Positions 24,484-38,982 of a stretch of DNA of 64,000 bases are shown here, one piece after another. Origin of the DNA: Lytechinus pictus (lineage: Eukaryota). Position 1 is the first letter of the stretch; each line of letters begins with the position of its first letter. The stretch spans positions 27,530,001-27,594,000 of the forward strand of contig NC_087250.1 of NCBI RefSeq assembly GCF_037042905.1, written 5' to 3'. The notes under the pieces were generated by a model, which was given only the letters and a program-made list of their open reading frames with translations, did not search any database and had not been told where the DNA came from. Position numbers and translations under genes: made by a program.

Positions 24484-27400
24484 TAGACGGGTCAATATAC
24501 GACCAAAAATAGCCTTACCCGGAACAAATTGCAACAAATGATTTTTCAACGGTATTTTGTACTATTTGACCTCAGGAATAACATACTAAAAATCTACCAA
24601 AATCCGCATCCGGGAAAGTGGTTATTTTCAAGATGGCGTCCAAAATGGCCGCCATTCACTGAGAATGGATACAACTGACACATTATCCACCCTAGAATAC
24701 TATTTCGGTTCATATTCCATGGTCTGGGGTACAAACATTGATTTAGGCTAGGATGCATTATGAGCCCTCCAGTGTACCAGGCAAATCCAAGATGGCGCCC
24801 AAAATGGCTGCCGTAGGCTGAAAATCCACAATTAATCTAAATTTGTTTTTTAGTTAATGGTTTTAAAGGTGAAATAGTACATTGAAACAAGTTACAAGGA
24901 CAGCCAGTGGTCGAGTGTGTCCAAAAATCCAAGAAGGCTTCCAAAAAATGAGTTTAAAATGGCTGTTGATAATTAAAATGGACATAGTTCATTTTATATC
25001 CGCCTGGGACATAATGATTTTGGTGTCTAGACCATGATTTCAATGGTCAAATAAGACATTGGGATAAGTTACAAGGACAGTCAGTGGAGTAGTATGTTCA
25101 AAAATCCAAGATGGCTTCCAAAAATGGAGTCGAAAATTGCTGTTGCTACTTAAAAAAAACCGACATAGTTTGCTCAATGTCCAGAAATATGATTTTTGTG
25201 TCTAAACCATGGTTAAATGGGTCAAATAATACATTGGGGCAAGTTACAAGGAAAGTCAGTGGTCTGGTATGTGCAAAAATCCTAGATGGATTCTAAAAAT
25301 TGATTCTGAAACGGCTGTTAATACTTAAAGCGGACAAAGCTCATTTCATTTTGGCCTGGGTATGTGATTTTGATGTATAAACCACTGGTTTCAAGGGTCA
25401 AATAATATATTAGGATAAGTTACAAGGACAGTCAATGCTATGGTATGTCCAAAAATCGAAAATGGCGTCCAAAAATGGTATTAGAAATATGCTGCTGATA
25501 CTTAAAGCGGATCAAGCTCCTTTCATATCGGCCTGGAAATGTGATTTTGGTGTCTAAACCACTAGTTTCAAGGATCAATTAATACGTTAGGGCAAGTTAC
25601 AAGGAAAGTCAGTGGCCTGGTCGGTCAAAAAATCTAAGTTGGCTTCCAAAAATTGATTCTAAATTGACTGCTGCTACTTAAAGCGGACATAGCTTATTTC
25701 ATATCGGCATGGGAGATGCAATTTTGGTATCTAAACCACTGGTTTAAGGGCCAAAATAATACATTAAGACAGGTTTTAAGGCCAGTCAGTGGTCTGGTAT
25801 GACCAAAAATCCAATATGGCTTCCAAAACTTGATTCTTAAATGGCTGTTGATACTTTAAAGTGGCATAGCTCATTTTCAATCCGCTGTGAGATATGATTT
25901 CGGTGTCTAAACTATGGTTTCAAGGGTCAAATTATATAAATGGACAAGAAAATGGCAGTCAGTGGTCTAGTATGTCAAAAATTACAAGATGGCTTCCAAA
26001 AATGGAGTAAAAATATGTCTGATGTTACTTATAAAAGGACATAGTTTGTTTAATATCTGTCTGGGGAATATGAGTTTGGTGTTAAAAGCATTGTTTAGAA
26101 GGGTCAAGTAATACACTAGGGTAAGTTACAAGACCAGTCAGTTGTCTGTTTAAAAAAAAATCCAAGATTACTTAAAAAAAAAGGGGTGTAAATTGACTGT
26201 TGCTACTTAAAAGTATGCATAGTTTATTATAAATACACCTTGGAGGTATGATTTTGCTGTCTATACTAGAGTTTACAGGGTCAAGCAATACCTTGGGTTA
26301 AGTTGAAAGGACAGTCAGGTGTCAGGTATGTCCAAAAATCAAAGATGGCTTTAAAAATAGGAGTCTTAAATGACTGCTGTTACTTAAAAGTGGATGTAGA
26401 ACATTATAAATACACCATGGGGATATTATTTTGGTGTCTACACGAGGGTTTCAAGGGCCAAACAATACTTTGGGACTGGTTACCATGATATGCAGCTATC
26501 CATTTTGCCTTAAAATCCAAGTTGGCTTAAAAATGGGTTCTAAAGTGACTACTGTTACATAAAATATCTACCTGTTAGAAATAATCTTGGTGCCTACACT
26601 TAAATGCATGGGGACAAGTTATCATATTGTTTAATGAGTTGGTAACAGCACCCATTTTGATGAAATTTTAGAATCCATCATGGATTATTTGACAAAATGG
26701 AGTACTAACCATCCTGTTTACTTGTCCGAATGTATCATTTGACCCTTCATACCACAATTTGGACACCAACATTATTTCTTGCAGATGAATATTGTAGAAC
26801 TCTGACCACTATTGAATGATATGAGTCGTTTTAGATTCCTTTAAAAACCCTCTTGTGTTTTAGGCGAACTGGACAACTGCATATCAATGTAACCAGTCCA
26901 AACGTATTATTTTAACCATGAAACCATAGTGTGGACACCGAAATCATATCTCCTAGGTGGATTTTAAATGAACTATGTCCATTTTAAAAGTAACAGCAGT
27001 CATTTAGACTCCGATTTTTGGAAGCCATCTTGTATTTTCGACATACTGGACCACTGACTGTCCTTGTAACTAATTTTCTGCCTTTTGAAACCATGATATA
27101 GGCAACAAAATCATATGCCCTTGACGAATAAAACATGAACTATGTCATTTTTAAATACCATCGCGGCTAATTGATACTATTTTTTAAGCCACCGTGGACT
27201 TTTGGACATACTTGACCACCAATCGTTCTTGTAACTTATCCCAATTTATTATTTGACCCATTTAACCATGGTATAGGCACAAAAAATCATATTCCCGAAT
27301 AGAACAAACTTTGTTGGGTTTTTTTAAAGTAGCAACAGCATTTTTTACTCCATTTTTGGAAGCCATCTTGGATTTTTGAACATACTGGACCACTGACTGT

Positions 27401-28008
27401 CCTTGTAACTTGTCCCAATGTATTATTTGACAATTGAAACCATGGTCTAGACACCAAAATCATATCTCTCAGGTTGATGTGATATGAGCTATGTCCATTT
27501 TAAGGATTAACAGCCATTTTAAACTCAATTTTTGGAAGCCATCTTGAATTTTTGGACACACCAGACCACTGGCTGTCCTTGTAACTTGTCCCGACGTACT
27601 ACTTCATCATTAAAACAATCGGATGGAAACCAAATTAAAGCCACTTAAGTAAGTAATAGATGAATTGTGGAGTTTTTAGACTACGGCATCCATTTTGGGC
27701 GCCATCTTGGATTTTCCTGGTACCCTGGAGTGCTAATATTCACTCTAACTTGTATAAATAAATTCTTTTACCCATTGGACCATGGAATATGAACCCAAAT
27801 ATGATTCTAGGGTGGATAATGAGTGAGTTATATCAATTTTTAGTGAATGGCGGCCATCTTGGATGACATCTTAAAAATAACCACTTTCCCGGATGCGGAT
27901 TTTGGTAGATTTTTAGTATGTTATTCCTGAGGTCAAATAGTACAAAATACCGTTGAAAAATCATTTGTTGCAATTTGTTCCGGGTCAAACCATATATTGA
28001 CCCGTCTA
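24484..28008. mobile_element. Academ-like non-autonomous foldback element with internal ~180-bp tandem repeats
   Basis: TAA|TAGACGGGTCAATATA...TATATTGACCCGTCTA|TAA (TAG ends, 3-bp TSD); long inverted arms; ~180-bp units forward at ~24880-26600 and inverted at ~26890-27620. Confidence 0.8.
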
Positions 28009-28820
28009 TAACGGCTTCCATGAAATGACAGTGATCTGAAGTCGGGTATCATCTATCGGGAATTCACCTTCATGTCTATCCATTCTACGTCAAAAGATGG
28101 CGCTCTTTTGAGTCTACATTATTAATAGGGGTGGGCAAATGACAAAAAAAAAATGAAACGGGTGGATTCTATGGCCATTTTTGCTGCTGAACCCAAATCT
28201 GACAACCATTTTGACCTACGATGTAGTTTGATATTGGTTCCAAGCGATTTTTCAAAATGGCCGCCAAATTTGTTCTAAATCGGTGTTTTAACAGGTAAAT
28301 CCTTAAATATCTATACAAATAAGGCTTGCAATATGTCTAAATATATGTTTTCAAGGTCAATGAGCACAAAATACATGAATCAGATAATTTGAGTCATTTA
28401 AAATAACGATTTTTGGTGAAAAACGGCATTTTGAGGTCATTTTTTTGTAAAAATTGCCTCCAAATCACAATTTATACATAAAACCTCAATAATCTATTCA
28501 TCTATAGTGTTTCATATGTCTAAATATTTGTTTTCATGGCCACTGAGTTCAACAATAGATAAAACAGACATGTTTTTTGGATTTTGTACTGTCATTTTTA
28601 ATAGAAAAATAATGTTTTCTGTAATTTTTGGAAAAAAATTACTGAATACAGACTGCAAATATACAACTACAGCTTGTAATCTGGCTATAACCTTGTTTTT
28701 ATTGCTATTTGTTAAAAAGAATGTGTATTTTAGTGGATTTTCGTCAAATATGACCCCCCCCCAAAAAAAAAAATGAATACAATGAAGGATTTCACACGCT
28801 TGCATGTCATGCAACTATTG

Positions 28821-28823
<3 letters not shown>

Positions 28824-28881
<58 letters not shown>

Positions 28882-28888
28882 TATATAC
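28824..28888. repeat. (TA)n microsatellite
   Basis: Read directly. Confidence 0.97.
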
Positions 28889-29454
28889 ACTGTATAAGTG
28901 GATATTTTCAGTTTTTCGAAGGGTATCTCCATATCAATTATAACAAAATGAAAAAAAAATACAAGAGGACAAGTGTACATATTTTATGTTGTCAAACATT
29001 TGGGAAAACAAGTTCCCGCTAATTTCACAAAAATAGCATTTTGGCACTATTTTAAAATTGAACGGCATAAAATGGGTGTCCAATCTATCTTGTTATATAT
29101 TTTCAAGAGTGCTGAGTTCAAATATTAGCGTACGTAAAAGATTAGAAGCATCGTCATGGTGTTAATTAAAAAACAAGAAAAAAAAAAAGATTTTGAAAAA
29201 TATCGGTATTATACAGAATACATACTTTGAGCCTAAAGCATACTGGGGAACATTTCATTACCATTTGCATTCCACAAATTTCCTTAAGAACAATTGACTA
29301 AAACTCACTGTTACCATGGTAACTGTCAGATAAAACAGCAATTGTTAGACTTGTGACAAGTTTTTTTTTTATGAAACATTGGGTGGCAGAAAATATAATT
29401 CAGCACCAACGTTTAAAGGGTTCATAGCCAATAGATTTAGTACTTGCTTGGAAG

Positions 29455-30970
29455 CACTGGCGTAAATCCGTGTTGATGGGTGGGGGGGATGACTGAAATA
29501 TTTTGGCATTTTTTTTGCAATCATGTTTTTAGATATGCAAGGAATTGCCATTGATATGTCCACAGCAGTGGCGTACCGTGGGTCACGGCATGGGGGGGGG
29601 GGCACCAGCAAAAATTTTGAATCACTGAGTGAGTGCGCTAGTGAGCGCGCTCAGTTGCCAGTTATACTGACCTAATAGAGACATTTTAAGGACAATGTCA
29701 TTAAACTGATATGTATCTCACTGATCAAATAATGCGAGCGCGAAGCGCGAGCTGAATTTTTTTTATATTCACACCTAAAAAGGGACATTATAATCAAATT
29801 TGTGTAAACATGATAGGTACCTGTCTCGCTAAACAATGCGAGCGCGAAGCGCGAGCTGAAAATTTAGATAATTCAGACCTGAAGTGGGGCATTCTAAGTT
29901 TTTTTTGTAAGAATTAACTAGGACCATACGTATTTCATTAACCAAATGATGCGAGCGCGAAGCGCGAGCTGAAAATTTTTGATATTCAGATCAGAAGGGA
30001 CATTTTAAGGACTGATTTTAGGAATTTATGAAAAGCAGACATATCTCACCAATCCACTAATGCGAACGTAATCACGGACAGGAAATGTTTTATATATACG
30101 AAGACCTTAACATGGGGCAATCACTTTTTGAGTCGTGAAAAAGAAGCATATGTCACTACATAAAACAATGATAACTCAAGTGCTAGGAAATATATTTGGT
30201 TTATATTGACTTGAAAACGGGATGTTTTAGTACAACAGGATTATATATCACGTTAAACAGACAATGCGAGCACCAGGAACAATGAAGACGTAGGCCCTGG
30301 GCAAATTATGTTTCATAAAGTTATGATAAATATGTTTCTTATGTAATGTAACATAACATAATTATAATATAATATAACATTATAATGAATAATATTTTCT
30401 TCTTTCCCACTACGTTTCTTTTCCTTTCTCCCTCTTTTTTTCTCCTTTTACCCTTTCCCCGTTTTTTTGTGTCAGCCGATGGGGGGGGGGGGGGGAGATG
30501 TGCCCCCCATGCCCCCCGTAGTTACGCCACTGTATGTCCATATGGCAAATACCCCTCCAATATTATTATCTTTTTTACCCCATGATGGTTTAATGGTTTT
30601 ATTAGAGATTACATTTAAAAAATTCTGACATTCCATCTTATAATCCCTTCCCAAAGACCCCAACATTGATGAATTGGAAGAAACGGGGATTTCTCTTCAA
30701 TGTTATTATAAGGACATAAGTATTTCGTTTGGAAATGGTGAACTGGCTATTTATTTGCATTTTATGATTCAATAATATTGTTTTATTTGTTAAGCGGTAT
30801 TTTAGGAAGAATTTTCACCAATAAAACAATTATCTCTTGTGATTTTTTTCTTCATTTCTTTCGTAAAAAGTGGGGGGGGGATGTTTGTACAGGCCACCTT
30901 CCCTCCTCGAAAAGTGGGGGGGGGGGATATATCCCCCCCATCCCCCCCCCCCCCGGGATTTACGCCAGTG
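29455..30970. mobile_element. hAT-like MITE nested in 28126-32659
   Basis: CACTGGCGTAAATCC...GGATTTACGCCAGTG; 8-bp TSD CTTGGAAG (29447-29454, 30971-30978). Confidence 0.9.
29563..30532. mobile_element. hAT-like MITE nested in 29455-30970, with ~100-bp internal repeats
   Basis: (cag)CAGTGGCGTA...TACGCCACTG; 8-bp TSD TATGTCCA (29555-29562, 30533-30540); repeated gcgagcgcgaagcgcgagctgaa. Confidence 0.88.
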
Positions 30971-31659
30971 CTTGGAAGTTTATGTTATAGCATGATATTC
31001 AATCAAAATATTTCATCAATTAAGTTCATATCAACAAATTCACAGTCTCTATAATTATTCAGAATGAATGTTTCACATGCTGTTTTGTACTACATAATAT
31101 CTACATAATAATGGGTTATCTTGCCATATTCCCCATGATAATGATGATGGAACTGCTGGGCATTAAAAAAATGGGTGATAAGGGTACTGTAGACAAAACA
31201 TGAATAAGAATGAAAATTTCCCTTTATCCTCCAGACATGTTCATGTAAGTTGAGTTTAAGAAGATACTGTATACAGGTAAGGTATATGTAAGACATAGAC
31301 TTGCTAAGAGTCAGACTCCCAAAACTGACTACATGTACTTCTGAAAATCAGACAATAAACATGATAATAGCAACAATGGCTGTCTGTGTATTATCACTTG
31401 GGGTATGATTTGTAATTTTTTTAACGCTAGACTAACATAGTTATTGATGGAACTAAGTTCCAGGAAGAATATACTTATAAGTGGTTAATTTAAAAAGCAA
31501 GGAAATGTGCATAGGATCTATGAAATGCTGGGTAAATTGTTTTCCCTTATGTTTGACAGCTTAAGATATGTACATAAGTCTGGTATTTGATATTATTTTT
31601 TTCATTTTGTTATAAATAATGTGGATATATTCTCAGTAAGACTGAAAATATTCATATAT

Positions 31660-31691
<32 letters not shown>

Positions 31692-32663
31692 TTATTCCAT
31701 AAAATGATCAACCTTTTTGTACATCCAACCCCCATTATTCTCAAGTCTTACTTCACTTCATAAACTGACCAATTCATGGTCTTTTGAGAAAATTACAGAC
31801 TGTAAAAGGAACAAGAAATTAGAGACAAAAAAATCATGAAGGTCCCACATATAGGGGTTGGACATACATATCTTATGGAATGCCCATATATATATACACA
31901 CACACACAGCGATAGTTGCATGACTTGTATGCATCTGATATCCTGCTTTGAAATTATTTATTTTTTGGGAGGGGGGGGGGGTAATATTCGACAAAAATCC
32001 ACTAAAATACAGATTCTTTTCATTAAGATGATACAATTGATATTTGTAACTGTCTACCAAATCACAATAAAAAAACGAGGTTATAGACAACTTACAAGTT
32101 GTAGTTACATGAATACTTGTAGTATGTATTCAGTCATTTTTACCCAAAAAAATACAGAAAATGTGATTTTTGACTGAAAATGACTGTACAAAAGACCAAA
32201 ACATGTATGTATTGTTGGACTCAGTGGCCATGAAAACATGTATTTACACATTTAACAAACTACAGATGAACAGATAATCAAGTTCTATGTACAAAAAATT
32301 GTCATTTGGGAGCAATTTTTACAAAAAATGACCCCAAAACGCTGGTTTTTTTAAACCAAAAATCATCATTTTAAATGGCTCAACTTATCTTATTCATATA
32401 TTTTAGAGCTCAATGACCATGAAAACATATAGTTGGATACATTGCAGGCTTTATTTGTATAGATATTTAAGGATTTACCTGTTAAAACATTGATTTGGAA
32501 GGAATTTGGCGGCCATTTTGAAAAATCGCTTGGAACCAATATCAAACTACATCGTAGGTCAAAATGATTGTCGGACTTGGGCTCAGCAGCAAAAATAGCC
32601 ATAGAATCCACCCGTTTGAAATTGAATTTCCAAAAAAAGGTTTTATTTGCCCACCCCTATTAT

Positions 32664-32725
32664 TAATAATAATATAGGGTATTTATATTGCGCACATATC
32701 CACCTTGTTAGGCGCTCAAGGCGCT
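32664..32725 (-). mobile_element. 3' tail fragment of a SINE/LINE ending in (TTA)n
   Basis: Minus strand agcgccttgagcgcctaacaaggtggatatgtgcgcaatataaat...tattattatta resembles the tail of the SINE at 38067. Confidence 0.55.
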
Positions 32726-33453
32726 CACACACACAATGTGATTTCTGACATTAATAAAATCAGTTGAAATCAGAAGTCCTAGCAGTCTACATTGAAGATG
32801 AAATGAAACGATTGATTTCCGTAATGTCAATACGCTAAAGACGCACTCCCTCACTCCTCACTTTTTTTTCCTTGCACAGAGCAAATATGCAACTAAATAG
32901 CTCATGAAATAGATTGGATGAGATTGAGAAATACCCCCCCCCCCATTGCCCAATTGGCAAGCATACACTGTTACTTTACAAACATGCATGTCAGGTCAAA
33001 AAAAATTATGCAAAAGGAAGATCAAATGAAATATTTTCAAACTGAGAATGTCGTCTTCCATTATAATCGTTGGAGGAATCATGTCGGGTTTTTTTGTTTT
33101 TTTGGTGAGGCACCGATCCCTCAGATATGACAAATAAGCTGGGGGTTTCGTGTTGAGATAGAAAGGCCAACGCAAAAAGCAGGGTAAAAACACGGTGTTG
33201 TGATCACGTATCAAGATGCTCGAAGCTACCCGTCAGAGGCTGAAAATAATATAAAGTGATACTCACCAAAATGCTGAAAATTTTCATTAAAATATGATTA
33301 CAAAATACTGCTGTTAGTGTATTTTAATGGGCTGGTGATATCACGTCCAGTGCCATAGAAAGGACTTTTCAAATAGCGTGTGCTGGGGGATTCGTTAACA
33401 AAATTGTTAACTAGATGATGCCCGAAGGGATTTCAGTAACTAAAAAGAGAAGC

Positions 33454-33482
33454 AAAAAAAAAAAAAAAAAAAAAAAATAGAA

Positions 33483-33525
<43 letters not shown>

Positions 33526-33599
33526 ATACATAAATAAATGAATAAATAAATAAATAAATAAATAAATAAATGAATAAATAAATAAATAAATAAATAAAA

Positions 33600-33658
<59 letters not shown>

Positions 33659-33750
33659 ACAAACAAATAAATAAATAAATAAATAAATAATTAAGTAAAA
33701 TAAATAAATAAAATAAATAAATGAATAGAAAAAATAAATAAATAAAAAAT
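33454..33750 (+). repeat. Poly-A followed by a (TAAA)n microsatellite
   Basis: Read directly. Confidence 0.97.
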
Positions 33751-34876
33751 ACTGCTGCCAAATGTTTCTCTATTTCAATCATTTGTTTTTCTTGTCAACT
33801 TGATGGCAATGGAGTGCTTCATATGTGATAGCATACACAACACCCTCTGAAAAATCATGAGGGGTGCTTGTGCATTCACCCCAGTACCCCCGCTTTATAT
33901 TTTATTAAGTTATTAGATTAAATCATATTCCTCTACTATCTAAAGACATGTTTGCATGATAAATATTATACATTTAATCAGTAGTCAATTCATGTTTTCC
34001 GTTCTTGGTGGACGAAATTTGACTAAATATAATTTTCCATAAAATAAATTAAAACAAGAATAAGTGCGGATTAGTCTGCAGGCACAGACCCTGATTAGAA
34101 CTTTGATCAACAAGTGTGCCTCCACGCAAAGACTAGCACATACAAAACTTGCTGCTCCAAGATAACCTTCTGTACACAAGGCATATAAGTAGGCTGCACA
34201 TTTAGACCCTTAACTCGAGTGAAGGGTTTTCCCAGCAGACTAAGTGCGGATAGACATCATCAATTTGTTCATTTTATATTCATGAAGACATGCAGAGGCC
34301 CGTCTTATCAGAACAATGAAGGTGCTTAAAATATCACAAATCTATCATTTCTTATCCGGTTTCAATGACATTGTCAGTATTTTAATTGTCTAATTTTACT
34401 TTTTCTATTCAAATCATATAATATCCAAGCCTGGAATACCCCCTTTAAGCTTCCTTTCTTAGGCACGTCAACCCACATGAAATAATAATATTTGTTGACA
34501 ACGAAACTACATAATTTTTATCATGTCATCTCTGCCTTCCAGAAGGTGTACGTTGTTCATTGAATCACATGGATCCTTTTAATTTATACAGTCTTTTATA
34601 TATCTATATAATACACTGAAATATTAAGAGTTAATGGACGAGGTGTAATGTTTAATACTTAATTCTTATATTGCCCCCTTTCCTGGCCAAACGACGGTGT
34701 AATATTCGCAACAATCACCCTCATGAACATTTGATATTTGCATACTATACCAGCATGCTGACAATCACCATGTAGAAGCATGCTCATTATAACTGTAACG
34801 TTAAATATTTTTTAAATGATATGTTATTTTTCCTGTCTAACCATCCTTGTGATCCCATACAGAGTGTTGTACATAT

Positions 34877-35881
34877 GAAGAGTTTAGTTACAAAAGGGAT
34901 TAGGTCCACTATGGACCATTTCGAGAAAAAAAACATGTTTTTTTATTCTCACTTATGTATTGTTAAGTTGGTGGAATGACACTGTATATCACTGAGATGG
35001 ACACGTGACTGATTGAACTCTCAAATAACAAGTTTATTAACAACAACTCGGAGCCGTAGTTCTTACATCTCGGTTACATGTAGCGTTGCCTAGCAACCCA
35101 TAACAACCACTTAGCAACCACGCGCATGCGTAAACCTATATCATAACATGACAACTTGGTGCAATATTCTTATGAGAAACTAAATTATCATGATGTACTG
35201 CTCTATCACGTGAACATAAAATTGGGTATAAAAGAAATCTACCTGCCTTCAACTTTTTTCTATATATTCTTTTAAAAATCATAATTGCGGACCTACCCTC
35301 TTTTGCAACTAAACTGAAATGAATCCAATCTATTTTGACTAAAGAAGTGATTGTTTCATTGCCACTTTTATTCACGTTTTCATGAAAATTTCAAATTTTC
35401 TTTGTTTTCATTAGAGCAACAAAAAATTTAGAGGTTTTGAGACAGAAAACAATAAAATTTATGAAAAATGGACCTAACCCCTTTTGACAAATGAGCTCTT
35501 CAGAAGAGTTTGTTTGCATAAGGGGTTAGGTCCACTCCAAAAAAAAAAAAATCCTTTTTTAAATTCTTCCATATTGCAATATTCTTATGCGAAACTAAAT
35601 TTTAATGATACCCTACCATGATAACATAAAATTGGGTATAAAAGAAATCTACCTGTCTTCATCTTTTTCATGATATTCTTTTCCAAAAAAAAATCTGTAT
35701 GGACCTAACCCCTTTTGAAAAAAAAGAGTAATTTTTCTTTGCCATTTTAGTTCGATTTTTAATAGGAATTTCAACTTTTCTTTGGTATCATCTTATAGAG
35801 CTACTAAATATCTACACATTGAGACATAAAAATCAAATTTGATGAAAAATGGACCTAACCCATTTTCCAATTGAGCTCTTC
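34877..35881. mobile_element. Head-to-tail dimer of a GAAGAG-ended MITE (34877-35501 and 35503-35881), ATAT TSD (Sola1-like AWWT)
   Basis: Each unit reads GAAGAGTTT..GTTAGGTCCA...TGGACCTAACCC..GAGCTCTTC; outer flanks ATAT/ATAT. Confidence 0.75.
34961..35148 (-). mobile_element. Possible short solo LTR inside the first MITE unit
   Basis: TGTTA...TAACA termini; AATAAA on the minus strand; absent from the second unit. No clear TSD. Confidence 0.5.
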
Positions 35882-38066
35882 ATATACATCGGAAGTGATC
35901 GACGGAAATATGCAAATAAATGTTCATGTTGAAAGTGAAAGTTGTTCATTCTAGGGACTGATACAGGATGTAAAACTGCATGTTCAAAACTTGTAGATTA
36001 TATTCGCATTCATCCACAAAGTGAACAGAGACAGAGGGTGTGAACTTGAAATTATCGGTAAGTTTTGATAATTAGGAATACCCTAATCCGTATTTTCTTT
36101 TCATTTTTCCGTATTGATAAACTGGAGAACATGTAAGCTAATAGGATGGGGGATCGGTTGTCCGGACACTTTATATTTTTGAAGCCTTCTTCTTTGTTAT
36201 TGGATTACACTACAAATACGAAATCAATAGTTGTAATCATCTTCTATTTTGTTCTCTATAATATTTCCTGACATTTTGTATTAAAAATTGATGAAACTTC
36301 GCTTGTAAATTTTTCCAAATGACTTTCTAAAATTGATTGTCCGGACCCACAACCTGTCCGGACACACAACAACTGGGTATACTACATAATCCTGAATCAT
36401 TTCATATGAATTTATAGGCCTACTTTATTAACACTTGGGATACGAGAAATTTCCTAGTCAATAGAAAATCGAATCTAAACATAATCTTGCTGTAGCCTAT
36501 AACATTGACACTATAAATGTTAGAGGTGAGAGAATTCAAAATATAAGTATGATAAGAAATGAAGAAGGACAATTTTATTAGGACTCAAACATAGAGATAA
36601 TGAGGGTGACTCTTGCACGTGGTAAACGAATGCGGTGCAAGACATAATTTTCGTTCTCGCTGATGTATGACGTTATATGATAATATAGCACCCCCCCCCC
36701 CCCGGATTAAAACCTATGGTTATGCACGTGATCAGGAAATTACAAAGAAACATGTTTGGAAGTCTCAAACTTTTCGTCGTTGTTGTTCTTCCTTGGAACC
36801 ATAGTAGAATATAAAGTTCACTATCAAACCGTATTCATAAATAAACAAGTAAAGATTGTTTTTGTCTTGTCAATCTGAGACACTACACTCAAAGCAAAAT
36901 ATACAAAATTAGAAGAGATGTATTGTCTATCAACCTGATAATTGTAAACTGATGTTATATACATATTTTGAACATGCAACCAGCTAACTGTGACACCTCA
37001 TCCCTCTCTTTCCTCTCTCTCTCTTTCTCTTTCCTGTATCACTATAATCAATATCATGTAAAAGAGAGAGCTCTGGGGCTAGGCCCACCCCAAAAGTTCA
37101 AGCACCAAGATAAAATTGAGAAAGAGAAAGAAAGGAAAGGAATAGGTGTGAATTATATACACATAAATTTGTCTCAATCTATCACAAAATAGGATTAGAG
37201 TGTCTTCTTTTGCTCGATCTCTTTAATAATTTTTATCTTTTGGACAATGTTTGGCCCCCTCATCTTTTGTTGGTTCATCACGGCATTGACACAAGACTTT
37301 TTAAATTTGACAAAAGTTTCCGAAACTGTGATCAAATTAACAATTTTTGTTCTAATATCATTCAGACTAAAAATATTCCTTCTGGATAAAAATGAAGGGA
37401 AAACTAATCTGCATTTGTAATAATTCTTTTCTGTATTATCATAATAGTACAAAACAATTGAATTATATTGGATGGTTCAGAATTGAATATCAGAGTTATT
37501 TCAATAGTTTTGTATAGTAGCCTGGTATGCGGAGGATATCAGTCCTTTGTTCAATGTGCTCTCATATTGAACAGACAACTGATTCAGACAAAAATAAACA
37601 TTAAAAATGCATCGCTAAAATCATGGACCCTTGTAGGGTCCATGCTAAAACACTCTGTAGATTACAATCCTTGATATCAGTATTAATAGTATAAAACCAT
37701 TATTGTCAAAGTCATGGTCAGTTATTAAATGTTATTATCATGTACAACATTATTATCATTCTTATTATAGTTATGGTGATTTAGATTTTTCGTTATCATA
37801 ATCAAAATTATTATCATAAATGGTGACAATTATAATAATAATAATAAAGTAGATGGCCCTAATGGTACTATTATTATGGTAATATTCACCATCAACGTTA
37901 TCTAACATGCACAATAATAAAACATTTAAGTTTTATGCAGAAAAGTCTATAGAAAGTTCAAATAAAAAAAATGAAAATGCCTTGAAATTTCAAGGCTCAA
38001 AATCCTCAAGGCCAAGGCTTGACAGTCCTAGGCCAAGGCTTCGAAAAAATTGGCCTTAAGGCGCTT

Positions 38067-38349
38067 TAATAATAATAATAATACCAACATGCTTATATAG
38101 CGCATATCACTGCCTAATGCGTCCCTATGCGCTTAATTGGATATTATTACACTGGCTTTAGCCTCGCAGCCTTTTACAAGCGCGATGGCATTTAAAGGAG
38201 TAAATTCCTGCCATTTATCTCACCTGGGTCGAGTGCAGCACAATGTGGATGAATTTCTTGCCGAAGGAAATTACGCCATGGCTGGGATTCGAACCCACGA
38301 CCCTCTGTTTCAAAGTCCGAAGACTAATCCACTGGGCCACAACGCTCCA
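38067..38349 (-). mobile_element. tRNA-derived SINE, apparently full length
   Basis: Minus-strand head tggagcgttgTGGCCCAGTGG (A box)...GGTTCGAATCC (B box); body gctgcactcgacccaggtg; (TTA)n tail. Confidence 0.88.
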
Positions 38350-38982
38350 CATGGCAATGGTCGAATATCAAGGCACTATAACACTAGTTCTTGATTACAA
38401 AAAATGTTTCTATACTTTCCAAATTTTAGGTCAGGGTATCATTTTTTCAGCTTGCGTTTTGTGCTCGCTTCAATAAAGTTTAGATGTCCATTTACCAATC
38501 CCAGTTTAAAAGTCAGAAATTTAAAAAAAATCACAGCTTTCTCTCTTCTCGCTTGTATCAGAAGTTTAGTAAAAATCTATTTTGTTCACAGTTAGAAAAA
38601 GGTGCTAAAAATGTCAAGGTTAAAACTCGGAAAATAAAAAAATTCAGCTCGCGCTTTGCGCTCACGTATTTTGTGTACTTAGATACCTATCCTCTTAAGG
38701 GTAACAAAATATTAATTTCCTATTGTTTAGTTGGAAAATTAAAATTTCAAGCTTATGCTTCGCGCTTGTATTAATATTGTTTGATCAAAAACATATCATG
38801 TTTATGTTTACAAAAGTGTTTTATTGCTCACATTGATTGGTACATGTAGGATATGTATTCTTCTCATGTGTTACATGGAAACCTTCATTAACAGGTAGCT
38901 TTTCAGATCAATATAGTAACATTTTCAACTCCAGCTCGCAATCTCCTCTTCATGAGCCACTGTTATTATTGGCTCCCTTTTT

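Larger units (their letters stand above)
28126..32659. mobile_element. Long-TIR non-autonomous DNA transposon (TAGGGGTGGGCAAAT ends)
   Basis: ~0.9-1.1-kb diverged inverted arms; flanking direct repeat TTATTAA (7 bp, or ATTATTAAT 9 bp if the ends are one base further in); superfamily uncertain. Confidence 0.82.

Noticed and set aside
24468..28020. Wider boundaries for the foldback element (gaagcc/ggcttc)
   Set aside because: No TSD there, whereas TAG...CTA ends at 24484/28008 have a clean TAA duplication.
33411..33782. Hydrophobic FIYL-repeat 'membrane protein' ORFs
   Set aside because: Translations of the (TAAA)n microsatellite.
38275..38349. tRNA gene
   Set aside because: Continues into a SINE body and (TTA)n tail; it is a SINE head.
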